The notes: a model not told the origin generated them from the sequence alone. DNA of 51,708 bases from an uncultured Gammaproteobacteria bacterium (GCA_964441445.1 CAYTYO010000001.1:1-51708); one strand, 5' to 3'. Positions 38,237-46,254 are shown, counted from the first letter of the stretch. A program made the numbers and translations.

Positions 38237-38638
38237 TTAGGTTACTAGTGAACTAATAAAATTGATACCGGTAATCGTGCCGATAATTTGTAGTATAAAA
38301 TAAGCGGCAACGACAAGCAACAAACCAATTGCTCCTTGGGTGATGCTTCTTTGAGCTTTTTGTGCAACTTGGACAGAATCCATTTGGCCGCTATTAATGA
38401 CATATTGGTAACCGCCATAAAGAATTAAAAAAACAAAGAAAACTCCAGCGATTACCATAGCATTGGGAAGGAGTAGGGAAATCACACCGCCAATATTGCC
38501 GTTTCGAAAAGTGGTGGCGTTGGGATTGTATAAGAAAAATTCATTTGGAAGATTTACGGCTTGGGCATTCGTTGTGTGGGGAAAAAACAAGATAGAAACA
38601 CTGTCTATGAGTAATAGCGAAAACAGGGACGGTTTCAT
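38237..38638 (-). CDS. VirB2/TrbC-like pilin paralog 4 (133 aa)
   Basis: Signal peptide ...TTNAQ. Core LILYGGYQYVINSGQMDSVQVAQKAQRSITQGAIGLLLVV. Confidence 0.6.
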   Translation of the reverse strand: MKPSLFSLLLIDSVSILFFPHTTNAQAVNLPNEFFLYNPNATTFRNGNIGGVISLLLPNAMVIAGVFFVFLILYGGYQYVINSGQMDSVQVAQKAQRSITQGAIGLLLVVAAYFILQIIGTITGINFISSLVT

Positions 38639-38934
38639 ACAAGATCAGCTCCGGTGATAGTTTCTAACATTTGGAGGATAAAAAAGGCAGCAATTATAAT
38701 AATCAAGCCCAGTGCGGCGTTGGTCAACTGTTTGGTAACCTGTTGAATTCGACCTTCATCTCCAAACGCGGTCATATATGAGACGCCAGAAATAATTAAT
38801 TGATAAAAGAAGTATAGTCCGGCGGCGGAGATAGCGAAAAGGAGAGCACGACTCATTACATCAGATGGGAGAGTGTTATAGTCCGTAAATTGGGTGCTGG
38901 GGTTGCCAATACCACTGATTTGGGCGAGTTTCAT
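38635..38934 (-). CDS. VirB2/TrbC-like pilin paralog 3 (about 99 aa, no signal peptide)
   Basis: Core QLIISGVSYMTAFGDEGRIQQVTKQLTNAALGLIIII. I prefer the start at 38934 (MKLAQISG). The track start at 38991 overlaps the upstream gene by 44 nt. Confidence 0.55.
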   Translation of the reverse strand: MKLAQISGIGNPSTQFTDYNTLPSDVMSRALLFAISAAGLYFFYQLIISGVSYMTAFGDEGRIQQVTKQLTNAALGLIIIIAAFFILQMLETITGADLV

Positions 38935-38947
38935 AGTAGGGTATAAA

Positions 38948-39505
38948 TTATACAGAAAAACCAAATGAGCCGGTGCCGAAAATCCGAACACCGACGAAAT
39001 TGAAAATCAATATTGCGATGGAGATGATAACCAAACCCAGCAGAGCTGAAACCATAAATGATTTTGCATCATTTACCCGTTTGGGGTCACCAGAGGCAGT
39101 GACCATAAGAAAACCAGCGTAGGCAATGGTGACAAAAGCTGCGCCAGCAGCAATGCCAACTGACCAGGTAACGATCTGATTGATAAAAGTCTTGGGTTCG
39201 GAGGCATTGATACAACCAATGGAGGTGCGAACATTTCCAGGAGTTGAGTTGCAAAAAACTTCTGTCGTGTCTACAACGGGAGCTGTGGCAGGGAGGGAGG
39301 TTTGGCAGGTTTGTTGTTCCGCAAACGTACCACAACATTGAATGAGGACAAGGTCATTGTCGTAACAGCCCCAAGTATCAATGGGGCAGGCGGCGTTGGT
39401 AGGAGCGACACAAGCTGCCTTTGCTTGAGTAAGAAAAAAGAACAGTTGTAGGACAATCGACAGAGATATAAAACTGAAGATTAGTGTCCGATGCGTTTTT
39501 ATCAT
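38948..39505 (-). CDS. Pilin paralog 2: N-terminal Cys-rich module fused to a VirB2/TrbC-like pilin domain (185 aa)
   Basis: Signal peptide ...TQAKA. Cys module CVAPTNAACPIDTWGCYDNDLVLIQCCGTFAEQQTC. Then SIGCINASEP...IAYAGFLMVTASGDPKRVNDAKSFMVSALLGLVIIS. Confidence 0.65.
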   Translation of the reverse strand: MIKTHRTLIFSFISLSIVLQLFFFLTQAKAACVAPTNAACPIDTWGCYDNDLVLIQCCGTFAEQQTCQTSLPATAPVVDTTEVFCNSTPGNVRTSIGCINASEPKTFINQIVTWSVGIAAGAAFVTIAYAGFLMVTASGDPKRVNDAKSFMVSALLGLVIISIAILIFNFVGVRIFGTGSFGFSV

Positions 39506-39589
39506 GGTCTATTGTTTTAAGTGTAGCACGTCAGAGGACACATGAGTACGTTGATTTTTCGGCCGATAATTATGGAGGTTAAGGATTAA

Positions 39590-40507
39590 TTACAGATTAA
39601 AACCAAAGGTCGTTAAATTAAGCACACGAACACCAATAAAGTTAAATATCAGTATGCTGAGTGCGATTGCAATGTAACCAATTAATGAGCTGGAAAGAAG
39701 TTGTTTCGCCTGGGTTATTTGGTCTTCTGATCCTGCAGCTGTGGTAAAAAGATATCCGGCGTAAATAATACAGAGGAAAAGAATTCCAGATCCCACTCTA
39801 ACGGTTAATCCAAGCACCTGACCAATAAGAGCTTTGGTATCTGAGGCATTAATGCAACCAATGGCAGTGCGGATTCCTGATGTGGATGAAAACGGATCAC
39901 AGAAGATTTGAATATTGTCGGTTGTGACGGGTGGTGGAGATCCTCCAACAATACAGGGCTGTGGGGATGCCGTGGTGCATTGTCCCACTGAGAGGACGAG
40001 ACAAACGTTGTTGTCCCAAGTGAACCCGGAGTCACAGTTACTGGTTTGGACCATGCATCTACCCGTGGATGAATTCCAGTTGCATTGAAAAGTATTGGGA
40101 GGGTTGACCGGATTAACTATACAAGGAAAATTACCAGATGCCTGGCACGCGGCTGCGGTGCTGTGAACACCACATTCCGTACCCGGCATGTATCCGGAAC
40201 CGCAGTTGCTTACCGATCCGCAGACCCCGGGAGATGAACGCCAAGCACATGAATACGTATTGAGTGGGGTGGCCGGGTCAACAACGCAGGTGTGTGGATT
40301 GCCAGTTTCACACACATCTACCGCCAGTCCGTAGCAAGGTGCGGAACCAACGATATATCCGGTATCGCAGTTGGAGTTTTGAACGGAACATTGATTTGCT
40401 GCTCCGTTCCAACCACAATTAAATATGCCTTGCGCCGAGATCGGGTTGGGGGTAAAAAAAGTAAGAATGAGTATGGAGATGAAGATAATTGGACGAAGAA
40501 TTTTCAC
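39590..40507 (-). CDS. Pilin paralog 1: three six-Cys modules fused to a VirB2/TrbC-like pilin domain (305 aa)
   Basis: Signal peptide ...ISAQ. Three repeats of about 55 aa (NCGW.., NTYSCAW.., NTFQCNW..). Then AIGCINASDT...IIYAGYLFTTAAGSEDQITQAKQLLSSSLIGYIAIA. GTG start. Confidence 0.7.
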   Translation of the reverse strand: MKILRPIIFISILILTFFTPNPISAQGIFNCGWNGAANQCSVQNSNCDTGYIVGSAPCYGLAVDVCETGNPHTCVVDPATPLNTYSCAWRSSPGVCGSVSNCGSGYMPGTECGVHSTAAACQASGNFPCIVNPVNPPNTFQCNWNSSTGRCMVQTSNCDSGFTWDNNVCLVLSVGQCTTASPQPCIVGGSPPPVTTDNIQIFCDPFSSTSGIRTAIGCINASDTKALIGQVLGLTVRVGSGILFLCIIYAGYLFTTAAGSEDQITQAKQLLSSSLIGYIAIALSILIFNFIGVRVLNLTTFGFNL

Positions 40508-40587
40508 GGTGTTTTGTTTCAGTTTAGCATAGTATTTTAGACGAGTTGGCGGTGGTATCAGTTTGATACAATAGGTTTCTACAGAAT

Positions 40588-42351
40588 ATGTTTATTTTTA
40601 ATAGAAAAAATGTTTTAAGTTTTTTTTTAGTTGGGATATTGATTTTTGGAATTAGTCATAAGTCGGTACAGGCGGAGGAGTGTGACAGTCCGGGGCAGTT
40701 GACGGATTCAACTGTGATTACTGGGTGTATTAGTAAATATAACGGAATACTGGATGCGATTGCTAAAGCGAATACGACTAATAAACAACAACTACAAGGG
40801 TTACAGTCACAGTTGGCCAAACTACAGGCACAAGTAAAAAGTTTGGACGGGCAGCTGAAGGTATTGGAAAAAGGGATATTCGACCGGGAGGTAAAAGTGG
40901 GGGTGAAAAGAGAATTATTATCGGCAAAAGTGAAGCAGGATTATTTGCGCAAGCGGGAAGAGGGGGTAATGAGACTGTTGTTTTCCTCTCACACGGCGGC
41001 AAATTTTTTTAAAGATGCGGTTTACCGAAACCGATTGGCGCAAATGGACCAGGGAATAATACAGTCGGTTATCGGCGAGATTGCCAGTTTGGATCAACAA
41101 TCGACTAATTTGGCAGCGCAAAAGGTGAAATTAGCAGGGTTGCAGACACAGGTAGATAAGCAGGCGGATTTTTTGGAAAAAGAGGTGGCAAAAGCCAGCC
41201 AGTATGAGGCAGACTTGGGAGGAAAAATATCGGCTTTGAACGCCCGGCAACAGGCGTTGTTGGCGGAAAAGACGGGGACGTTTACGACTTCCGTTGGGGA
41301 TGTGCCGTTGGCTGACGATCCGGCATCGCGACCGGATTACAATCCGGGCTTTTCGCCTGCATTTGCAATGTTTTCTTTCGGAGCACCACATTTTAAAGGA
41401 ATGAGTCAGTACGGAGCGTATGGCCGGTCAAAGGCGGGGCAATCGGTAGAAACAATTCTTAAAGCGTATTACGGAAACGGAATTGAAATTAAAAAAGATT
41501 ATTCGACGAGCATAAATATTACGGTCAGCGGTTACGGAACCGTGGATATTGAAACATACACGAAAAGAATTTATGAGATGCCGACATCGTGGGGGGATAA
41601 AGGCGGAATGGAGGCACTTAAAGCTCAGGCCGTAGCAGCCAGATCGTATGCATTGGCCCGGACAAATAACGGGGCAAGTGCAATTTGCGCTACCGAAGCG
41701 TGTCAGGTGTATAAGCCGGCCAATAAGGGCGGGAAATGGGATGAGGCAGTTAATGCGACCAGAGGTTGGGTGCTTGTTGCCGGGGGAAAACCATTTTCGG
41801 CTTGGTACGCTTCGACCTCCGGAGGATATCAAGAATCTTATGCGTTCAATGGATATTCAACGCCCGGGTTTTGGGACACAACTTCAGATTGGACGAGGTG
41901 GGCAGACGGGGCGTGGGAGAAAGCCGGAGAATCACCATGGTTTTACAAGGGGTGGTATAAATCCCGGTCGGGAAAAACCTGCGGGCGAAGCCATCCATGG
42001 TTAACTCAAGCTGAGTTTTCAGACATGGTCAACGCGATAATAGTCGTTAACGCCGGAGGCGACGTAAGCGGAATTTATCCCGAAGACGTGCGCAGCTGTT
42101 GGGGTGGGAATGATAACCCCTGGAGCAAGGACAGATTAGCAACAGAGGCCGATAAACACGGCGGGCGGGTAACAAATGTGTCCGGAGTGAGGGTAGAACA
42201 TGGGAGTAATGGGGTGACAAGCCGGGTAATTTTGACAACAAACAGAGGGGAAGTGGCAATTTCCGGATCGGTGTTTAAAAAAGGATTCAATTTAAGAGCG
42301 CCTGGGGCATTGGCTTTAAAGAGCGGACTGTTCAATATCGAAAAGAAGTAG
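40588..42351 (+). CDS. SpoIID/LytB-domain protein with signal peptide and N-terminal coiled coil
   Basis: LQGLQSQLAKLQAQVKSLDGQLKVLEK heptad region. SpoIID core EALKAQAVAARSYAL...ICATEACQVYK...AWYASTSGG. Confidence 0.8.
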   Translation: MFIFNRKNVLSFFLVGILIFGISHKSVQAEECDSPGQLTDSTVITGCISKYNGILDAIAKANTTNKQQLQGLQSQLAKLQAQVKSLDGQLKVLEKGIFDREVKVGVKRELLSAKVKQDYLRKREEGVMRLLFSSHTAANFFKDAVYRNRLAQMDQGIIQSVIGEIASLDQQSTNLAAQKVKLAGLQTQVDKQADFLEKEVAKASQYEADLGGKISALNARQQALLAEKTGTFTTSVGDVPLADDPASRPDYNPGFSPAFAMFSFGAPHFKGMSQYGAYGRSKAGQSVETILKAYYGNGIEIKKDYSTSINITVSGYGTVDIETYTKRIYEMPTSWGDKGGMEALKAQAVAARSYALARTNNGASAICATEACQVYKPANKGGKWDEAVNATRGWVLVAGGKPFSAWYASTSGGYQESYAFNGYSTPGFWDTTSDWTRWADGAWEKAGESPWFYKGWYKSRSGKTCGRSHPWLTQAEFSDMVNAIIVVNAGGDVSGIYPEDVRSCWGGNDNPWSKDRLATEADKHGGRVTNVSGVRVEHGSNGVTSRVILTTNRGEVAISGSVFKKGFNLRAPGALALKSGLFNIEKK

Positions 42352-42356
42352 CTGGA

Positions 42357-43079
42357 ATGGTAATATCTAAGTTAAGTATGCCGGACGTATATACAGCGGA
42401 CGAAAAACCTGAAGTTCCGGTTGTAGCCCAACCAGACGAGCAAGTAAAGAAGGCGGCAGAATCCGGCCGAGAACAGGAGATAAAAAACCACATTGATGAT
42501 GTATTGAAACGGGTGGGTGAACATCCCAGAAAAGAATTGGGCGGGGCATTTACGGTGTACCCAATGGCTAAATTTATCCAAAAACAGAACGATGAGGAAG
42601 TGGTGTTGATGCTGAGGGCACATCCAATTACCAATCTGAAATGGATAGCCACGGTTATCGGCGCGTTGCTGCTTCCGGAAATATTGAATGCTTTGGGAGC
42701 CTTTTCCGGAATTCCCTTTAAGATTATTTTTGTGGGCAGACTGGTGTGGTATTTAATGATGCTGGGGTTTTCGTTTGAAAAGTTCTTAAATTGGTATTAC
42801 TCGGTATTTATCGTGACCAACGAAAGGGTTGTGGATATCGATTTTGTGAATTTGTTGTACCGGGTAATGTCATACGCTAACTTAAACCACATTGAGGAAC
42901 CGTCGATGTATTCGGGCGGATTTGTGAGATCATTTCTGAAATACGGAGATGTGCACGTGTCTACCGCGGCGGAGAATCCGTCGCTTGAAGCCAAAGCAGT
43001 TCCACACCCTGACAAAGTAGTGCGGATTATTTCCGAATTAGCGGAAGACCTGGAGAAAAGGAGGGAACTTGGAAAATAG
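42357..43079 (+). CDS. Membrane protein with bacterial PH-like (YdbS/YdbT-type) domain
   Basis: EVVLMLRAHPITNLKWI, two TMs, then FIVTNERVVDIDF...GDVHVSTAA. The call is tentative. Confidence 0.45.
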   Translation: MVISKLSMPDVYTADEKPEVPVVAQPDEQVKKAAESGREQEIKNHIDDVLKRVGEHPRKELGGAFTVYPMAKFIQKQNDEEVVLMLRAHPITNLKWIATVIGALLLPEILNALGAFSGIPFKIIFVGRLVWYLMMLGFSFEKFLNWYYSVFIVTNERVVDIDFVNLLYRVMSYANLNHIEEPSMYSGGFVRSFLKYGDVHVSTAAENPSLEAKAVPHPDKVVRIISELAEDLEKRRELGK

Positions 43080-43323
43080 TGCAACACCAGCAGGATTTGC
43101 GTGGGTGGAGAACTTTGTCATTGTAGGACCAGAGTTAATTTTAAAGGGATTTTTGATAGTGGGACTATTAATGTATACGTTTTTTGCACTGGTCGTTTTA
43201 AAACAGGTGGGAATAATGACGGAAACATTTGAGTCCGATGTTAATCCGGCAGTGAAAATGTTTGCCTGGATCCATCTGATGCTGGCACTGTTTTTATTGT
43301 TCGTGGCGATAATTGTGTTGTGA
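43069..43323 (+). CDS. Small two-TM membrane protein (84 aa)
   Basis: TTG start preceded by AAGGAGGG at 43058-43065. Two hydrophobic helices. Overlaps the upstream gene by 11 nt. Confidence 0.55.
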   Translation: MENSATPAGFAWVENFVIVGPELILKGFLIVGLLMYTFFALVVLKQVGIMTETFESDVNPAVKMFAWIHLMLALFLLFVAIIVL

Positions 43324-43360
43324 GGATATCCAATCGTGCCTGTGGTATTCTTGAAAGAGT

Positions 43361-45187
43361 ATGAGAGAGGCAGTGGGGAAAATGGTGGGAAGTTTAGGAG
43401 GAGGGTTTTGGGGGCAAGTACACGACTACATACCAGATGATGAGGACAAGGCAGTAAGAAGAGGCAGATTATTGGCAGCTGTGAGTGTGGAGCTGGGGGA
43501 AGAACGGGAGTTGGTGGAGCTGGTCGAGACAGGAAGAGAAATATTAGGAAGATTGCATGAGCTGTATTACGGGGGTGAGGACGAGGGGCCAATGCAAGCG
43601 TTGCGAAAGGCGATGGAAAAAACCGTAGAGGAGTTTGAACAAGTGGATATCGCCGGGCTGGCGATAGTCGGTAATTATGTGTATGTTGGGACAGGAGGCA
43701 GAGGCGGCGTGTGGGCAACAACGGGAGATAGGCAGGGATTTATAAGTAAACCTGCCGGGAAAGCGGGAGGGATAAGTGTGCTAAGTGGGCCCAAAAAACC
43801 CGGGATGTGTTTCTTGGCCGGAAATGGGGATTTATGGGACAACCTGGCTAGTGAAGATAGGGAAGCGGTGATGCGAGTGGCGGGCCCCGACATGGAAGAG
43901 GCGGTGGAACTGCTGACCACAAAAACGGGCAACGGAGGTAAGGGGAAAGTAGCAATAATCCTAAGAATTCCGGAAGCAGTTCCGGAGGCGGAAGAACAAA
44001 TAGTCGAAGAAGTGAGGGAAACACCCGAAAAGCCGCAGAAGGCGAACAGACTTATGGAGGCGTGGAGGAATTACAGAGAAAGAATATATGTGAATAGGGG
44101 AGACAAAGAAACACAGCGGAAAAAGGCCCGAATAGTAGGAATAGGGTTTTTGGTGCTGTTGTTAATTATGGTCGGGGCGGGGCAGTTAAGGGGAAAAAAT
44201 GTAACCGAGCAGAAGACTGCCAAGAGCGGAGAAATAGAACAATTAACGGCTGATTTCCGGGAGGCGATGGCGATGGCTGAGGTAAATCCGGGACGAAGTA
44301 AAGAATTGCTGGAAAAAATTAAGATAGAGATTGAAAAATATAAAACAGAAAAGAATCCTGATGCCCAAATAACGGATATCCTTTCTCAGTTTGACGGAGT
44401 GTGGATGACGGCAAATGGTGTGACAAAATCGGAGACGACGGAATTGGTAAATTTGAGTTTAGTGAGGGAAGGGATATCAGCCGGGGCAATGGCGTGGTCC
44501 GGGGATAAATTGTATGTTTTGGATACGGCAGGGGGGCGGGTGGTGGAAATTGATGTGACAAAAAGTTCAGGGAAAATTGTGGGCGGAGGGGTTGACGGGG
44601 CGAAATTAATTGCCGGGTACCCCGGCAGGGTGATGGTATTGGGGGGCAACGGCATATCCCAGGTAGGAGCGGCAGAAGTAAAAGTAAAAACAGATACAAA
44701 ATGGAAAAATATTACCGGGATGGGGATGTTCGCCGGGAATATTTACCTCCTGGACGCCGGAGCGGGTGAGATTTGGCGATTGGCAGTGAAGGGTGACGGG
44801 TATGCGGCTGGACAAGAGTGGTTAAGCGATGATAATGATCGGGAGGGGATTAAAGCTGGGACTGGGATGACAATAGACGGGAGTATTTGGGTTGTTGGGG
44901 CGGGGAGAATAGACAAATATACGCGAGGGGTAAAGGACAGTTATGAAGTGAGTGGATTGGAACAAATGTGGGGTGAAGGGGCAAAAGTATTTACGAGTGA
45001 TGAGACGGAAAAAGTGTATGTATTGGACCCGATGAACAGCAGGGTAGTAGTGTTGGGTAAAGACGGTAAGTACCAAAAACAGTATTTAGGTGAAGGATGG
45101 AACGGGATGATGGATGTTGCGGTCGAAGAAAAGAGTGGTACGATGTTTTTATCGGGGAATGATAAAGTGTGGTCGGTAAAACTATGA
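43361..45187 (+). CDS. Bitopic protein: degenerate PP2C-like cytoplasmic domain, TM, extracellular beta-propeller-like repeats
   Basis: VYVGTGGRGGVWATTGDRQG...CFLAGNGDLWDNL...GKVAIILRI resembles the PPM fold with the metal-binding Asp residues replaced. TM is IVGIGFLVLLLIMVGAG. Repeats are of the type LYVLDTAGGRVVEI, IYLLDAGAGEIWRL and VYVLDPMNSRVVVL. Confidence 0.5.
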   Translation: MREAVGKMVGSLGGGFWGQVHDYIPDDEDKAVRRGRLLAAVSVELGEERELVELVETGREILGRLHELYYGGEDEGPMQALRKAMEKTVEEFEQVDIAGLAIVGNYVYVGTGGRGGVWATTGDRQGFISKPAGKAGGISVLSGPKKPGMCFLAGNGDLWDNLASEDREAVMRVAGPDMEEAVELLTTKTGNGGKGKVAIILRIPEAVPEAEEQIVEEVRETPEKPQKANRLMEAWRNYRERIYVNRGDKETQRKKARIVGIGFLVLLLIMVGAGQLRGKNVTEQKTAKSGEIEQLTADFREAMAMAEVNPGRSKELLEKIKIEIEKYKTEKNPDAQITDILSQFDGVWMTANGVTKSETTELVNLSLVREGISAGAMAWSGDKLYVLDTAGGRVVEIDVTKSSGKIVGGGVDGAKLIAGYPGRVMVLGGNGISQVGAAEVKVKTDTKWKNITGMGMFAGNIYLLDAGAGEIWRLAVKGDGYAAGQEWLSDDNDREGIKAGTGMTIDGSIWVVGAGRIDKYTRGVKDSYEVSGLEQMWGEGAKVFTSDETEKVYVLDPMNSRVVVLGKDGKYQKQYLGEGWNGMMDVAVEEKSGTMFLSGNDKVWSVKL

Positions 45188-45630
45188 AAGTAGTTAATAA
45201 GCAAGCGAATTTTGATTACGAATTAGGCGAAAGGATTGAAGCGGGGATTGAGTTGTCCGGGGCAGAGGTGAAGTCGTGCATGTTGGGACAAGTGGATATG
45301 GGGCAGGCAAGTGTACGGATGAGAGCAAATAAGTTTGGGGGGGTTGAGGCCTGGATCTGGAATTTGCACATCTATCCTTATAAACACGCTGATAATACCA
45401 ACTATGATCCAAAACGGCCGAGAAGACTGCTTATGCATCAAAAGGAAATTTCCGATCTGACTGTGCGGATGAAACAAAGCAGCCGGATGGCGGTGCCAAC
45501 CGCAATGTATACAAAAAGCGACAGGGTGAAGGTGGAATTGGCTTTAGCCAGAGGAAAGAAAAAATATGAAAAGAGAGAGGTAATAAAGAACCGGGATTTG
45601 GATAGGGAACTGAAGAAAATGACAAGTTGA
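45184..45630 (+). CDS. smpB: SsrA-binding protein SmpB
   Basis: Motifs NKQANFDYELGERIEAGIELSGAEVKS, YDPKRPRRLLMHQKEI and VELALARGKKKYEKRE. The ATG overlaps the upstream TGA (ATGA). Confidence 0.92.
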   Translation: MKVVNKQANFDYELGERIEAGIELSGAEVKSCMLGQVDMGQASVRMRANKFGGVEAWIWNLHIYPYKHADNTNYDPKRPRRLLMHQKEISDLTVRMKQSSRMAVPTAMYTKSDRVKVELALARGKKKYEKREVIKNRDLDRELKKMTS

Positions 45631-45761
45631 AAAGAATTTTGGACAAGGAATTGGGATTTTTAAAAAATCAAGTTGGGGGAGGAGATGCCGGAGGTTTCGT
45701 TTTATGTTGGTTAGGTTGGTTTTTATGAGCTGCTGTCACGCTAATGTGCTATATTGGACTA

Positions 45762-46244
45762 ATGTCAGGTGATGTATTTGAGGATCAGGAAGCAAAGACA
45801 GGACAAACATATTCAGTCCCTTTGACGGAGGCGTCACCGTCTTTACTTGATGAACAATATGGAATTCCATATGAAAATACATCTCTGGCCTTGGAAACAT
45901 GTGATGAAGTAAAGAAAGCTGGAGGTAGGGATTTTACTTTGATGGTTTTTAACCGCCCCAATGAATCTGTCCGAGAACTGGTGGGTTCGGCGTTATCTCA
46001 ATTGGCAGGAATACAGAGGGAAGTGGATTTGGGGGAGATTGTGCAGAAAGTCCTGTCGGGCGATACAAAAGCCGGTATTGTATCGAGTTATGGCTTGTTT
46101 ATAGGTTCAGGCCAAAAAGTGGACGAGACTGCTAGACGGGAGTTGACTGGGGCAAAGATTGTTAAAGACGGGGCAAAAGCCGTATTTGATGTTTCGGGAA
46201 ATTGTCCCAAGCTTACGGTGTCACGTTTTACTTTTGGCGAGTAG
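45762..46244 (+). CDS. Hypothetical protein (160 aa)
   Basis: ORF. I prefer the start at the ATG at 45762, which lies 6 nt after a TATATT -10 box. No motif recognised. Confidence 0.5.
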   Translation: MSGDVFEDQEAKTGQTYSVPLTEASPSLLDEQYGIPYENTSLALETCDEVKKAGGRDFTLMVFNRPNESVRELVGSALSQLAGIQREVDLGEIVQKVLSGDTKAGIVSSYGLFIGSGQKVDETARRELTGAKIVKDGAKAVFDVSGNCPKLTVSRFTFGE

Positions 46245-46254
46245 TGTTGTTTTT

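Noticed and set aside
43038-43721. 227-aa minus-strand ORF, plus other minus-strand ORFs between 43.6 and 45.6 kb
   Set aside because: They are Pro/Ser/Leu-rich translations antisense to purine-rich plus-strand genes. The open frames are a composition artefact.
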